From contig DATGJN010000061.1 in NCBI GenBank assembly GCA_035295165.1, positions 5,908 through 69,907 on the forward strand: 64,000 bases of DNA, read 5' to 3'. A program made the translations under genes and the position numbers. Origin of the DNA: a bacterium (lineage in GTDB: Bacteria; Sysuimicrobiota; Sysuimicrobiia; Sysuimicrobiales; Segetimicrobiaceae). The notes beneath the pieces are model-generated. The model was not told the DNA's origin, searched no databases, and saw nothing but the letters and a program-made list of their open reading frames with translations. Position 1 is the stretch's first letter. Every line of letters begins with the position of its first letter. Shown here piece after piece: positions 26,800 to 36,751 of the stretch.

Positions 26800-27480
26800 T
26801 CACGGGGCCGCGTCCATCGGGTACGATGCACAGCGCGCCGCGAGGGGACACCGGCCGCAGCGGGGACGTCGCGCCGTGCACACCGTCGCGCCGAGGTCCA
26901 TCAGCGCTTGGTTGAAGTCATAGGCGCGGCCGCGGGGCAGCACCTCAGCGGACAATGCCCACAGCGCTCGTTCGGACGGGCGTGCGCGGTCACCGGCGAA
27001 GACCCGCCGTAGCACGCGGCGCACGTTGGTATCGAGGATCGGCGCGTCCTGCCGGAACGCGAAGCTCAGCACCGCGCCGGCGGTGTACGGCCCGATCCCT
27101 TTGAGCGCCAACAGTTCTTCCCGCGTCTGTGGGAGGCGGCCGCCATGCCGGCGAACGGCCTCGCGGGCGATCTCCCGCAGCCGGATCGGCCGCACATTGT
27201 ACCCGAGCGGGTACCACGCCTCGCGCACCTCGCGCGTCCCCGCGGCCGCAAGCGCTTTAATGGAGGGATACCGACGCAGCCACTCACGATACTTCGGGAT
27301 CACGCGCGGCACCTGAGTCTGCTGCAGCATGATCTCCGAAACCAGGATGTGATACGGGTTGCGCGTACGTCGCCAAGGCAGGTCGCGCTGGTGACGCCGG
27401 TACCACGCGAGCAGTCGGCGTTGGAACGCCAGGCGCCGGGCCGACGTTACCGCGATCCGGTCAGACCCGCGGCGCTTCAC
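26800..27480 (-). CDS. A/G-specific adenine glycosylase-like HhH-GPD protein (MutY catalytic core only, no NUDIX-like C-terminal domain)
   Basis: 226 aa. LLAWYRRHQRDLPWRRTRNPYHILVSEIMLQQTQV...LKGIGPYTAGAVLSFAF...DTNVRRVL...CTARRPRCGRCPLAARC. GTGA overlap with the upstream gene. Confidence 0.8.
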   Translation of the reverse strand: MKRRGSDRIAVTSARRLAFQRRLLAWYRRHQRDLPWRRTRNPYHILVSEIMLQQTQVPRVIPKYREWLRRYPSIKALAAAGTREVREAWYPLGYNVRPIRLREIAREAVRRHGGRLPQTREELLALKGIGPYTAGAVLSFAFRQDAPILDTNVRRVLRRVFAGDRARPSERALWALSAEVLPRGRAYDFNQALMDLGATVCTARRPRCGRCPLAARCASYPMDAAP

Positions 27481-28640
27481 TTGGGCGCGACCCGCGCGTA
27501 GTCGACGCTGGACCGGTGGCCGCTCGTGTGCGTCCAGACCACGGCGGCGGCCGCCCCGTCGGCGGCGACCGCAGGGAACGAATTGCCGCCGTCCGCGGTG
27601 AGCCGGAGCACAGGGCCCCACATCCCTCCGTAGCGCCGTGCGTAGATCTGTCCGTCGTCCTGGTCCCACGCCACGTACACCACGCCCGTGGACGTGACGG
27701 CGACCGACGGGTGCCGCGCCGGCGAGCCGCTCGCCGACAGCGTCACGGGACCCTGCCACCGGCCGCCGACCCGCCGCGCGTACTCGATGATCGAGTTGAG
27801 GTCGGTGTGGTGCTCCCACGCGAGCGAGACCTGGGCCCCGGCGTCCACCGCGAGGTCCGGGTTGAATTCGTCGGACGGCGTGTGGAACACGCCCTCCGGC
27901 GCCGTCCATGTCCGATCGCGCTCGGCGTAGCGGATCTGGTAGGTTCGGCCGTCATACTGGTACCAGACGGCGAACAACCGGCCGCCGGGTCCGGCGGCGA
28001 TCGCCGCGTTCACCGAGTCGGGAACCCCGGTGGAAATCAAGAGCGGGTCGGACCACGCGCGCCCGTCAAACCCGGCGTAGTAGATCTCGTAGATCGACCC
28101 GTGTCGCGTGTACAGCGCCGCGCCGCCGCCGCGAATGCCGTACCACACCACGTGAGGGTATCCGGCCCGGTCCACGGTGAGCCCAGGGTACCCGGCGTAG
28201 CCGTTCGGCGGTGAGATCCGCTGCTGTGGCCCGACCCACCGGTCGGCCCATACGCGGTAGTAGATCTTGCCCACGCCGTCGTCGTAGCGCGTCCACATGA
28301 GGTGGAGCCGGCCCGATGCGTCGAGCGCGATCGCGGGCAGACGCGACGGCGCCGGCCCGTCACTGGCCTGCGCCAGCTTCGTCCAGTGCGCCCCGCCGTC
28401 CGCGGAACGCGCGAGGTAGATCTGCGCGCCGCCGGCGCCCGTACCGACGTACGCGACGACAAGACCGGCCGCGTCCCGCACGAGCTTGACCTGGTTGTTG
28501 GAAGCCGTGGCGTCCTCGGTGACGCCGTCCGCAACGACGGTCGCCGGCGGCGGTGCCGCGCGGACGGGAACCGCAACGTACGCAACAGCGAGCCATACGA
28601 GAGGCGCGAGGCAGCGAGGAGCACGCACGAGGGGGGACAT
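27477..28640 (-). CDS. Secreted BNR/Asp-box-like beta-propeller repeat protein
   Basis: 387 aa. Signal peptide MSPLVRAPRCLAPLVWLAVAYVAVPVRAA. Asp-box SADGGAHW. Repeated ...VW/ VAW... blade-like segments. Confidence 0.7.
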   Translation of the reverse strand: MSPLVRAPRCLAPLVWLAVAYVAVPVRAAPPPATVVADGVTEDATASNNQVKLVRDAAGLVVAYVGTGAGGAQIYLARSADGGAHWTKLAQASDGPAPSRLPAIALDASGRLHLMWTRYDDGVGKIYYRVWADRWVGPQQRISPPNGYAGYPGLTVDRAGYPHVVWYGIRGGGAALYTRHGSIYEIYYAGFDGRAWSDPLLISTGVPDSVNAAIAAGPGGRLFAVWYQYDGRTYQIRYAERDRTWTAPEGVFHTPSDEFNPDLAVDAGAQVSLAWEHHTDLNSIIEYARRVGGRWQGPVTLSASGSPARHPSVAVTSTGVVYVAWDQDDGQIYARRYGGMWGPVLRLTADGGNSFPAVAADGAAAAVVWTHTSGHRSSVDYARVAPK

Positions 28641-28724
28641 TGGCGAACGCCTCAGCCCATCCCTGCGCCGGGGGGACTTTCGTGACGATGTAGTGTAATC
28701 TAGTGACGTCGTGGAGACCCACTC

Positions 28725-30350
28725 GTGATGACCGATCAGGGACGCAGCGTCGTCCTCGCCCAGCGCGGCATGATCGCCACCGACCACCCGTTGGCGTCGG
28801 TCGCGGGCCTGCAGGTCCTGCAGGAAGGCGGCAATGCGATCGACGCGGCGACCGCCGCGGCCGGTGTGCTCGGCGTGGTCACGCCGATGATGACGGGGCT
28901 CGGCGGCGATACGTTCATCGTGTACTATCAGGCGTCGTCCGGCCGCGTGCTCGCGCTGTGCGGCAGCGGGGTCGCGCCGCGGTCTGCGACGCCGGAGTAT
29001 TTCACCTCGCGCGGCCACCAGACGATGCCGCTGGCGGGCATGCTCGCCCCGTCGGTACCCGGTGCGGTGGACGCGATGGCCGCGTCGCTCGAGCGCTGGG
29101 GCAGCGGCCGGTTCTCGCTCGGCCGGCTCCTCGAGCCGGCGATCCGCTACGCGGACGCCGGCTTCCCGATCACGGAAAGACTAGGCGGTTGGTTCGAGGA
29201 GGGGGCTGCGGCGCTGGCCCAGTACCCGTCTTCCGCTCGCGTGTACCTGCCGCACGGACGCCCGCCACGCGTCGGCGAAATTCTCGTCCAATCTGATCTC
29301 GCCAGTTCTCTGCGTACCGTCGCCGAGCAGGGCCCGCGCGCGATCTACGAAGGCGGGCTCGCGGCGCGCATCGTCGACTACGCGCGGGCCCGCGGGGGAC
29401 TCCTCGACGCCAGGGACTTCGCCACCCATCGCTCGGAGTTCGCCGATCCGATCTCGACGACGTACCGCGACCTCGTCATCCACGCGACGCCCCCGCCCTC
29501 GCAGGCGCTCGTAATGCTCGAAATGGTCAACATCCTCGCGCAGGACGACCTGGGCGCGCTTCCGTGGGGATCGGCGCAGGCGATCCACCTCGCCGTGGAG
29601 GCGAAGAAGCTCGCGTTCGCGGATCGCGTGGCGTACGTCGGCGATCCCCGGTTCATCCAGAATCCGCTCGACCGCCTCCTCAGCGCCGAGCACGCGCGGG
29701 AGCGGCGCCGGGCGCTCGATCCCCTCCGCGCCCAGACGTCAGTTGCGGCCGGGTCGATTCACGAACACGCTGGCGAGACGACGGCGTTCGTCGTCGCCGA
29801 CGCGGAGGGCAACGTCGCGAGCTACATCACGAGCCTGTCCGCCCCGTTCGGCTGCGCCGAGGTCGTCGACGGCACCGGCATTCTGCTCAACAATCGCGCG
29901 GGGCGCGGTTTCTCGCTGGTGCCCGGGCACCCCAACATCATCGCTCCAGGCAAACGTACGATGCACACTCTGATGGCGTTCCTCGCGACGCGCGCCGGCG
30001 CGCCCTACCTGGCGTGGGCGACCCGCGGCGGAGACGGTCAGCCGCAGTGGGACTTCCAGGTCTGGAGCGCCATCGTGCACCACGGCATGAACATTCAGGC
30101 CGCCATCGAGTGTCCCCGCTGGTTCAGCTTTCCCGCCAGCGACCCGGCCACGATCTCGTCGCCGTTTGAGCTCCGGATGGAAGCGGGGTTCCCGGCAGAC
30201 ACCTATGAGGGCCTCCGCCGCCTGGGACATCACGTGGTCGCCCCGCGCGTGACGACCGGCGGCGTCCAAGTCATCGCGCGGGATCCGCAGCGGCGAGTGT
30301 ACGGGGGGGCGTCCGACCCCCGCGCCGACGGCTGCGCGGTCGGGTTCTAG
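28725..30350 (+). CDS. ggt: Gamma-glutamyltransferase
   Basis: 541 aa. ...GGNAIDAATAAAGVLGVVTPMMTGLGGD... and autoprocessing site ...HAGETTAFVVADAEGN. Confidence 0.9.
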   Translation: MMTDQGRSVVLAQRGMIATDHPLASVAGLQVLQEGGNAIDAATAAAGVLGVVTPMMTGLGGDTFIVYYQASSGRVLALCGSGVAPRSATPEYFTSRGHQTMPLAGMLAPSVPGAVDAMAASLERWGSGRFSLGRLLEPAIRYADAGFPITERLGGWFEEGAAALAQYPSSARVYLPHGRPPRVGEILVQSDLASSLRTVAEQGPRAIYEGGLAARIVDYARARGGLLDARDFATHRSEFADPISTTYRDLVIHATPPPSQALVMLEMVNILAQDDLGALPWGSAQAIHLAVEAKKLAFADRVAYVGDPRFIQNPLDRLLSAEHARERRRALDPLRAQTSVAAGSIHEHAGETTAFVVADAEGNVASYITSLSAPFGCAEVVDGTGILLNNRAGRGFSLVPGHPNIIAPGKRTMHTLMAFLATRAGAPYLAWATRGGDGQPQWDFQVWSAIVHHGMNIQAAIECPRWFSFPASDPATISSPFELRMEAGFPADTYEGLRRLGHHVVAPRVTTGGVQVIARDPQRRVYGGASDPRADGCAVGF

Positions 30351-30352
30351 AC

Positions 30353-30376
30353 GCCGTCGCGAAGGAACGCGACGGC
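30353..30376 (+). terminator. Hairpin 3 nt after the ggt stop
   Basis: GCCGTCGCG-aaggaa-CGCGACGGC: 9-bp stem, 6-nt loop. No clear U-tract. Confidence 0.5.
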
Positions 30377-30431
30377 GCAGCCGACGCGGCCCCGTGCGCA
30401 CCGATCGTCATCACGCAATACGGAGGGACGA

Positions 30432-31037
30432 ATGCAGGAGATCCGCAACGAACGCACGCTGATTCTGATCAAACCCGACGGCGTCCAGCGCGCATTGACC
30501 GGCGAGATCCTCGCACGCCTGGAACGCGTCGGGCTCAAGGTCGTCGCGTTGAAGTTGGTACGGGCGGAGCGCTCCATCCTGGAACGTCATTACACGACCG
30601 ACGAGGAGTGGGTGCGCACCATCGGCGGCAAGACCCGCGAAGCATTCGAAAGCTACGGCATGGACGTGACGCAGGTGATGGGCACGGACGACCCGCTGGA
30701 AATCGGCCGGCGGGTCCGCGAATGGCTGATCGACTTCATGCAGACGTCTCCTGTGGTCGCGGCTGTCCTCGAAGGGGTGCACGCCGTCAGCATCACGCGC
30801 AAGGTCGTCGGCAACACGCTTCCCGTGTTCGCCGCACCTGGGACCATCCGCGGGGACTTCTCGGCGGACGCCCCGACCGCGGCGAACGCGGGGCGCCGAC
30901 CCGTCCGAAACCTGATCCACGCCTCCGGGACCGTCGAGGAGGCCGCGCACGAGATCGGGCTGTGGTTTGCGCCCTCGGAGATCCACTCGTACCGTCGCGC
31001 GGACGAGGGCGTGATGTTCGGGGAGCCCGGTGCCTAG
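30432..31037 (+). CDS. ndk: Nucleoside-diphosphate kinase (long form with internal insertions)
   Basis: ERTLILIKPDGVQR...SPVVAAVLEGVHAV...GTIRGDF...NLIHASG. 201 aa against about 140-150 aa for typical Ndk. Confidence 0.85.
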   Translation: MQEIRNERTLILIKPDGVQRALTGEILARLERVGLKVVALKLVRAERSILERHYTTDEEWVRTIGGKTREAFESYGMDVTQVMGTDDPLEIGRRVREWLIDFMQTSPVVAAVLEGVHAVSITRKVVGNTLPVFAAPGTIRGDFSADAPTAANAGRRPVRNLIHASGTVEEAAHEIGLWFAPSEIHSYRRADEGVMFGEPGA

Positions 31038-31125
31038 CGTGTTGTTGTTCCCCGCGCGGGGAACAATCAAGACGGACGTCGTCGTGCGGGGCGGATCCAA
31101 CCCGGCGCCTCGCGAACGCGCGCGC

Positions 31126-31656
31126 ATGCAACGCCATCTGGCGATTCGTGTCGGGGTTTCGATGCTGGCCGCGGCGCTGCTGCGGCTTCCGCCGCCCGCA
31201 TGGGCCGCCACCGCCATCTACGTGCCAGCGGGAACCAGGGTGGGTGTGCGGTTCGTGACGCGCGTGGACTCGAGCACGGTCACTCAAGGCGCGCGGGTCG
31301 GCCTCAGAGTGACGGCGGACGTGATCGGGGGGCGGCACGTCGCCATCCGGGCGGGCGCCCCGGTGTCCGGCATCGTCACGCAGGTAACCAGGCCCGACAC
31401 GTTCGGAACACGCGACAAGGTGGTGATCGGGTTCCTCAGGGTAAACGGCACCGATGGCCACCCGATCGTGCTCAGAGATCTCGTGGTCTCGAAAGAAATG
31501 GTCGTGAGCAAACGCACGAGCGTTGCCGATGCGCTCGCGGCACGCCCGACCGGCCAGTTGGTCGGCGCGCTCGTCAGCGGCGGACACGTCATCGTACCGG
31601 CCGGCGCGAGCGTGACCGACACAACGGCCGCGAGCGTGACCGTCGCCGCCCCGTAG
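31126..31656 (+). CDS. Hypothetical secreted protein
   Basis: ATG at 31126. Signal peptide MQRHLAIRVGVSMLAAALLRLPPPAWA|A. No recognisable domain. Confidence 0.55.
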   Translation: MQRHLAIRVGVSMLAAALLRLPPPAWAATAIYVPAGTRVGVRFVTRVDSSTVTQGARVGLRVTADVIGGRHVAIRAGAPVSGIVTQVTRPDTFGTRDKVVIGFLRVNGTDGHPIVLRDLVVSKEMVVSKRTSVADALAARPTGQLVGALVSGGHVIVPAGASVTDTTAASVTVAAP

Positions 31657-31725
31657 GAGCCCGCGAGTCCGCAAGCGACCTCGCCGCCCGGTCGCCGCCT
31701 CCCCGCGCATCCGCGGCGCGGTCCC

Positions 31726-33030
31726 ATGACTGCGCGCCGGCGGGCCGTCCGCCCAGGGGCGGGGGCGCGGCCCGTCGAACACGATTTCGTGAATCGGCGT
31801 ATTCTCGCGACCCTCAGCTACGGCCATCTCGCCACCGACCTCTCACAGGGGGGCCTCCCCGCCCTGCTCCCGGTGTTCCGGACAGAGTATCATCTCTCGT
31901 ACACGGAGCTGGGACTGATCGTCCTGCTCGCGAACGTCAGCTCGTCGGTGATCCAGCCGGTGTTCGGCGTGCTGAGCGATCGGGTGAAGATGCATTGGCT
32001 GATGCCGGTAGGTGCGCTGGTCGCGAGCGCTGGCATGGTCCTGGCGGTCGCGGCCCAGCACTACGCGATGGTGGTAGCGATGATCTTCGTCTCCGGACTG
32101 GGGGTCGCCGCGTTCCACCCCGAAGGGTACAAACATGCGGGACTTGCGAGCGGCCCCCGCCGCGCGACCGGGATGTCGTACTTCTCGGTCGGGGGAAACC
32201 TCGGCTACGGCCTCGGCCCGGCGGCCACCAGCATCGCAATCACCGTGTGGGGGAAGTACGGGATCACCTACATCCTTCCGTTCGCGATCATCGGCGCGAT
32301 CTTGATGTGGCGCATCGTGTCACCGTGGGCGGCGTCGGCACCCGGCGGCGACGCGATCGCCGCGGCGCCCGTCCGCTCGCGGGAGTCGATGCGGACCGGG
32401 ATGTCCCGCGGGGCGGTCTGGATCGTCGGCCTGCTTGTGACATTTGTGGTGCTGCGGTCGTGGGTCCAGGTGGGCACCGCGAGCTATATCCCGCTGTACT
32501 TCACGGGAATCCGGCACATGAACGCGACCTACGCCGGCGTGCTCGTCAGCGTGTTCCTGGGCGCCGGCGGGATCGGCACACTGCTGGGCGGGATGGCCGC
32601 GGATCGGTGGGGGCATCGCCGCATGCTCATCATCTCGATGGCAGTGCTGCCGCCGTTTCTCTGGCTGATTCCGCGCACCATGGGGGCGTGGCCGATGCTC
32701 GCTGCCCTGATCTCCGGCATGGCCGTCGTGAGCACGTTTGCGGTCGCGATGGTCATGGCGCAAAACGCGATCCCGCACCGGATCGGCCTGATCTCGGGGC
32801 TGATCATCGGGTTCGCCGTCGGCATGGGCGGGGTCGGGACGACCGCGCTCGGTGTCGTCGCCGACCGGTGGGGCGTGTTGAGGGCCATGGACATCACCAC
32901 ATTGTTACCCATCGCAGCCCTCGCGATCGCGCTGATCCTCCCGAAGGACACCCATCCGAGGTGGAACCCGATGCCGAGCGGATCACGTATGTCTACCAGC
33001 GGCGCGGACGCGCAGGCAGGAGAACGGTGA
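31726..33030 (+). CDS. MFS transporter
   Basis: 434 aa, about 12 TM. ...LSYGHLATDLSQGGLPALLPVF...GVLSDR... Start codon uncertain. Confidence 0.8.
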   Translation: MTARRRAVRPGAGARPVEHDFVNRRILATLSYGHLATDLSQGGLPALLPVFRTEYHLSYTELGLIVLLANVSSSVIQPVFGVLSDRVKMHWLMPVGALVASAGMVLAVAAQHYAMVVAMIFVSGLGVAAFHPEGYKHAGLASGPRRATGMSYFSVGGNLGYGLGPAATSIAITVWGKYGITYILPFAIIGAILMWRIVSPWAASAPGGDAIAAAPVRSRESMRTGMSRGAVWIVGLLVTFVVLRSWVQVGTASYIPLYFTGIRHMNATYAGVLVSVFLGAGGIGTLLGGMAADRWGHRRMLIISMAVLPPFLWLIPRTMGAWPMLAALISGMAVVSTFAVAMVMAQNAIPHRIGLISGLIIGFAVGMGGVGTTALGVVADRWGVLRAMDITTLLPIAALAIALILPKDTHPRWNPMPSGSRMSTSGADAQAGER

Positions 33031-33929
33031 TGGTTCACCCGCTGCTCGCAGGATCGCGACTGGGACGTCGGACGCTACTCCGGCAAGCGTTCGCCGCGGG
33101 CGCGGCGGGCGCCGCGTTGCTTGCGGATCTCGCCGGGCGGACCGTCTGGGCGGCCCCGGCCGCCCCGCCCCCGCCGCCCGGGTCACCCCCGAACAAGGCC
33201 GACGCCAAGGCCGTCACGGTCTCGCCTCAAGACCCCGCGATCACGGCCAGCGCCGTGGAGTATCCTGGGCTCATCGGCACGATGCAGGGGTATCTCGCGG
33301 CGCCGGTCGGCGGCGAGACCTATCCGGGCATTCTGGTCCTGCACGACGCCATCGGCCTGACCGAGCACATCCGCGATGTGGCGCGGCGGTTTGCACGGGT
33401 GGGCTACACGGCGCTCGCTCCGGACCTGCTGTCCCGGCTCGGAGGCACCGCGAAAGTGGGGGAGCAGGCAAAGGTCATCGCCGCGTTGGAAGCGATGTCC
33501 GCGACGGACTATCTCAACGAGTTGAACGCCTCGATCCGCTATCTGGAGGCGCGACCCCAGGTGTCGAAGACAAGGATCGGGGTGATCGGATTTGGACTCG
33601 GCGCGAGCCTGACCTTGTTCTTGATCAACGCGAACAAGGACATCAAAGCCGCGGTCGTCTTCCCTTCGCAAACGCCGGATCCGACCGCCGCGCCGCAGAT
33701 CACCGCGCCGGTGCTCGCGCTGTTCGGCGACGACGACAAGTCCGCCACCGACGGCCTTCAGGGGTTCGACGACGCGACGAAGAAGGCGGGCATCGTCTGG
33801 CAGTCCAAGGTCGAGCCGAAGGCCGGCCGCGGGTTCTTCGACGACGCCCGCACGACCTACGTCGCCGACGCCGCGAAGGACGCCTGGAAGCTCACCTTGG
33901 ACTGGTTCAACAAGTATCTCCAGAGCTAG
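33030..33929 (+). CDS. Dienelactone hydrolase family protein with Tat signal
   Basis: MVHPLLAGSRLGRRTLLRQAFAAGAAGAA... then YPGILVLHDAIGLTEHIRDVARRFARVGYTALAPDL...IGVIGFGLG. Start overlaps the MFS stop (TGATG). Confidence 0.85.
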   Translation: MVHPLLAGSRLGRRTLLRQAFAAGAAGAALLADLAGRTVWAAPAAPPPPPGSPPNKADAKAVTVSPQDPAITASAVEYPGLIGTMQGYLAAPVGGETYPGILVLHDAIGLTEHIRDVARRFARVGYTALAPDLLSRLGGTAKVGEQAKVIAALEAMSATDYLNELNASIRYLEARPQVSKTRIGVIGFGLGASLTLFLINANKDIKAAVVFPSQTPDPTAAPQITAPVLALFGDDDKSATDGLQGFDDATKKAGIVWQSKVEPKAGRGFFDDARTTYVADAAKDAWKLTLDWFNKYLQS

Positions 33930-33972
33930 GCGCTCCGGCAGACCGGGCATCGGCACCGCGCGGGAGGGTGCG

Positions 33973-35130
33973 ATGAGGATCGCAGACGTCAAGATCTACG
34001 TCATGGGATCGTCGTGGCGGAACTTCGTGCTCGCCCGTCTGCGGACCGACGACGGGCTGGAAGGCATCGGCGAGGCCCGCCCCGTCAACCGGGAGGAGGC
34101 GGTTGCCGCGTACCTGGAGACCGCCGTCCATCGCTACGTGATCGGCAGCGACCCCTTCAACATCGAGGATCTGCTCCTGCGGGTAACGCGCAACGACTAC
34201 GAGGTACCGGCGGCGGTCGAGATGACCGCGCTGGCGATCGTCGAGATGGCGTGTTGGGATCTGATCGGCAAGGCGGTCGGTCAACCCGTGTACCGACTGC
34301 TCGGCGGAGCCTGCCGCGACAAGATCAAGGCGTACGCAAACGGTTGGTACCAGGTGGCCCGCACGCCGGACGAGTTTGCCGCGGCGGCGCGCCGGGTCGT
34401 CGCCCGCGGCTATCGCGCCATGAAGTTCGATCCGTTCGGGGCGGGGGCCGGTGAACTGGAGCGCCACGAGCACCTGCGATCGGTTGCGCTCGTCGAGGCG
34501 GTGCGGGATGCGGTCGGCCCCGAGGTCGAGCTGTTCGTCGAGATGCACGGCAGATTCACGGCGTCCCAGGCGACGGCGCTCGCCCGCGACCTCGAGCGCT
34601 TTGCGCCGGGGTGGATCGAGGAACCGGTGCCGCCCGACCAACCCGGCGCGCTGGCGCGCGTGGCCGCGCACACCACGATCCCGATCGCCACGGGGGAGCG
34701 GCTCCACACTCGGGCGGCGTTCCGGGATCTGCTGGCGGAGAACGTCGCCGACGTCTTGCAGCCCGACCTCACCCACTGCGGCGGGCTGCTCGAGACGAAG
34801 AAGATCGCCGCGATGGCCGAAGCGTACGGCCTCGTCGTGGCCCCCCACAACGTGAGCGGCCCGGTCGGGACCGCCGCAGTGCTCCAATTGGCCGCGTGCA
34901 TCCCGAACTTGAAGATCCAGGAGTACTTCAACGACTTCGCGGAACCGTTCGTCAACGACACCGCGTTGGGGCTCCCCCAGGTCACCGACGGCTACTTCCG
35001 CCTCCCGACCGGCCCCGGGTTGGGCGTGACGCTGAACGAGGACGTGATCGAAGCCCACCCGTACCGCCGGCAACACTTCAACCTGTTCGCCGAGGATTGG
35101 CAGCGCCGGCAGGCGAAGACCGTCCCATGA
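33973..35130 (+). CDS. Enolase-superfamily sugar-acid dehydratase (mandelate racemase/muconate lactonizing family, galactonate-dehydratase-like)
   Basis: 385 aa. MRIADVKIYV...LRTDDGLEGIGEA...KFDPFG...FVEMHGRF...WIEEPVPP...IATGERL. Confidence 0.85.
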   Translation: MRIADVKIYVMGSSWRNFVLARLRTDDGLEGIGEARPVNREEAVAAYLETAVHRYVIGSDPFNIEDLLLRVTRNDYEVPAAVEMTALAIVEMACWDLIGKAVGQPVYRLLGGACRDKIKAYANGWYQVARTPDEFAAAARRVVARGYRAMKFDPFGAGAGELERHEHLRSVALVEAVRDAVGPEVELFVEMHGRFTASQATALARDLERFAPGWIEEPVPPDQPGALARVAAHTTIPIATGERLHTRAAFRDLLAENVADVLQPDLTHCGGLLETKKIAAMAEAYGLVVAPHNVSGPVGTAAVLQLAACIPNLKIQEYFNDFAEPFVNDTALGLPQVTDGYFRLPTGPGLGVTLNEDVIEAHPYRRQHFNLFAEDWQRRQAKTVP

Positions 35131-35789
35131 GCGCCGCCGTCGACGCCCACGAGGCCCTCGCGACGATCCTGCGCGGGCGGGTCGTGCCGATCGTCCGCAC
35201 GCGCTCCACGGCGTGGGCGGCGGACGTCGCGGAGATCCTCGCGACGTCCGGGATGGACGTGATCGAGATCACGTTCACCGTCCCCGACGCGCCGGCCGTG
35301 ATCCGATCGCTCCGCGAGCGGTTTCCGGAGATCCTCATCGGCGCCGGCACCGTCACCGACGCCGCGACGGCCGACGCCGCCGTGGACGCCGGGGCGCAGT
35401 TCCTGTTGAGCCCGGCGCTCTGCCCCGGGATGGTTCAGGTCGCGCGGCGGCGCGGCGTGCTGGCCGTTCCCGGCGCGTATACGCCGACTGAGGTGCTCGC
35501 CGCGGTGGACGCCGGCGCCGAACTCGTCAAGATCTTCCCCGCGGAATCGGGCGGGCCGGCGCACGTACGGGCGCTCCTCGGCCCGCTCCCGCACGTGCGC
35601 CTCCTGCCGACCGGGGGCGTGCGGCCCGACAACATCCGCGAGTGGCTGGCGGCGGGTGCTGCGGCGGTCGGCATCGGCTCGGCCCTTGTCGGTCCCGCGG
35701 ATCAGCCGGTGAATGCCGCGGCGGTGCGGGCGCGGGCCGAGGTGATCACCGCGCAGGTCAAGGGGGTCCGGCAGGGCGGGAGCGCGTGA
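35127..35789 (+). CDS. eda: 2-dehydro-3-deoxy-phosphogluconate/phosphogalactonate aldolase
   Basis: ...VVPIVRT...IEITFTVPDA...IGAGTV......VPGAYTPTEV...VKIFPA. ATGA overlap with the dehydratase. Confidence 0.85.
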   Translation: MSAAVDAHEALATILRGRVVPIVRTRSTAWAADVAEILATSGMDVIEITFTVPDAPAVIRSLRERFPEILIGAGTVTDAATADAAVDAGAQFLLSPALCPGMVQVARRRGVLAVPGAYTPTEVLAAVDAGAELVKIFPAESGGPAHVRALLGPLPHVRLLPTGGVRPDNIREWLAAGAAAVGIGSALVGPADQPVNAAAVRARAEVITAQVKGVRQGGSA

Positions 35790-36751
35790 GCACCGCCCGG
35801 TTCGACGTCGTCGGGATCGGCGAAGCGCTCGTCCGGCTCACGCCCCCCGGCGCGGACGTCTTGGAGACGGCTGCCGCCTACACGGTGCAGGTCGGCGGCG
35901 CGGAAGCCAACGTGTGCGCCAACCTCGCCGCCCTCGGGGTCCGGACGGCGTGGATGTCGCGGCTTCCGGCGAACCCGCTCGGCCGGCGCGTCGCGAGCGC
36001 GTTCGCGGGGTTGGGTGTCAACGTCGACGGCATCCGTTGGGCGCCGCAAGGGCGGGTCGGCCTCGTATTCGTCCAACCGGGTGCGCCACCGCGGAGCGGC
36101 GAGGTGCTGTACTATCGCCTGGACTCGGCGTTCTCGGAGATCGACGCGGATGAGATCGCGTGGTCGGTCCTCGACGGCGCCTCCCTGCTTCACCTCACCG
36201 GGATCACGCCGGCGCTCGGCACCGGGCCGCGCCGGCTCGTCGAGCGGGCGATCGTCGAGGCGCAACGGCGACGCGTCCGCGTCTCCTTGGATGTGAACTA
36301 TCGCGCCACGCTGTGGACGCCGGCCGCGGCGCGCGAGGTCCTGGAACCCCTGTTGCGCGAGCGCGACGTCGTCTTCCTCAACGAGCGTGACGCCCGTGCG
36401 GTGTTCGGCGTGGAGGGCGATCCGGAATCCACCGCCGGCACGTTGCGCCAGCGATTCCACTGCGGCACGCTGGTGCTGACGCTCGGCGCGGCCGGCGCGC
36501 TCGCCCGCGACGGCACCGGGGTGCGGCGGCACGCCGCGTATCCCGGCGAAGTCGTGGACCGGATCGGGCGCGGCGACGCGTTCGCCTCCGGGTTCTTGTA
36601 CGGCTACCTCCGGGGCGACGTCGACGCCGGGCTGAGCTACGGAGCCGCGATGGCCGCGCTCAAGCAGACGTACCCCGGCGACGTGTGCCGGGCGACGCTC
36701 GCCGAGATTGAGGCCGTGCTCGGCGGGCAGCCCGGCGGCTTCCGCCGCTAG
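35786..36751 (+). CDS. kdgK: 2-dehydro-3-deoxygluconate/galactonate kinase (PfkB family)
   Basis: FDVVGIGEALVRL...GGAEANVCANLAALG...DRIGRGDAFASGFLYG. GTGA overlap with eda. Confidence 0.85.
   Translation: MSTARFDVVGIGEALVRLTPPGADVLETAAAYTVQVGGAEANVCANLAALGVRTAWMSRLPANPLGRRVASAFAGLGVNVDGIRWAPQGRVGLVFVQPGAPPRSGEVLYYRLDSAFSEIDADEIAWSVLDGASLLHLTGITPALGTGPRRLVERAIVEAQRRRVRVSLDVNYRATLWTPAAAREVLEPLLRERDVVFLNERDARAVFGVEGDPESTAGTLRQRFHCGTLVLTLGAAGALARDGTGVRRHAAYPGEVVDRIGRGDAFASGFLYGYLRGDVDAGLSYGAAMAALKQTYPGDVCRATLAEIEAVLGGQPGGFRR

Noticed and set aside
31200-33029. N-terminal 610 aa of the 909-aa ORF 31200-33929
   Set aside because: It overlaps the secreted-protein and MFS genes in another frame and is Arg/Gly/Asp-rich. 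Only the last 299 aa (from ATG 33030, with a Tat signal) form a dienelactone hydrolase.
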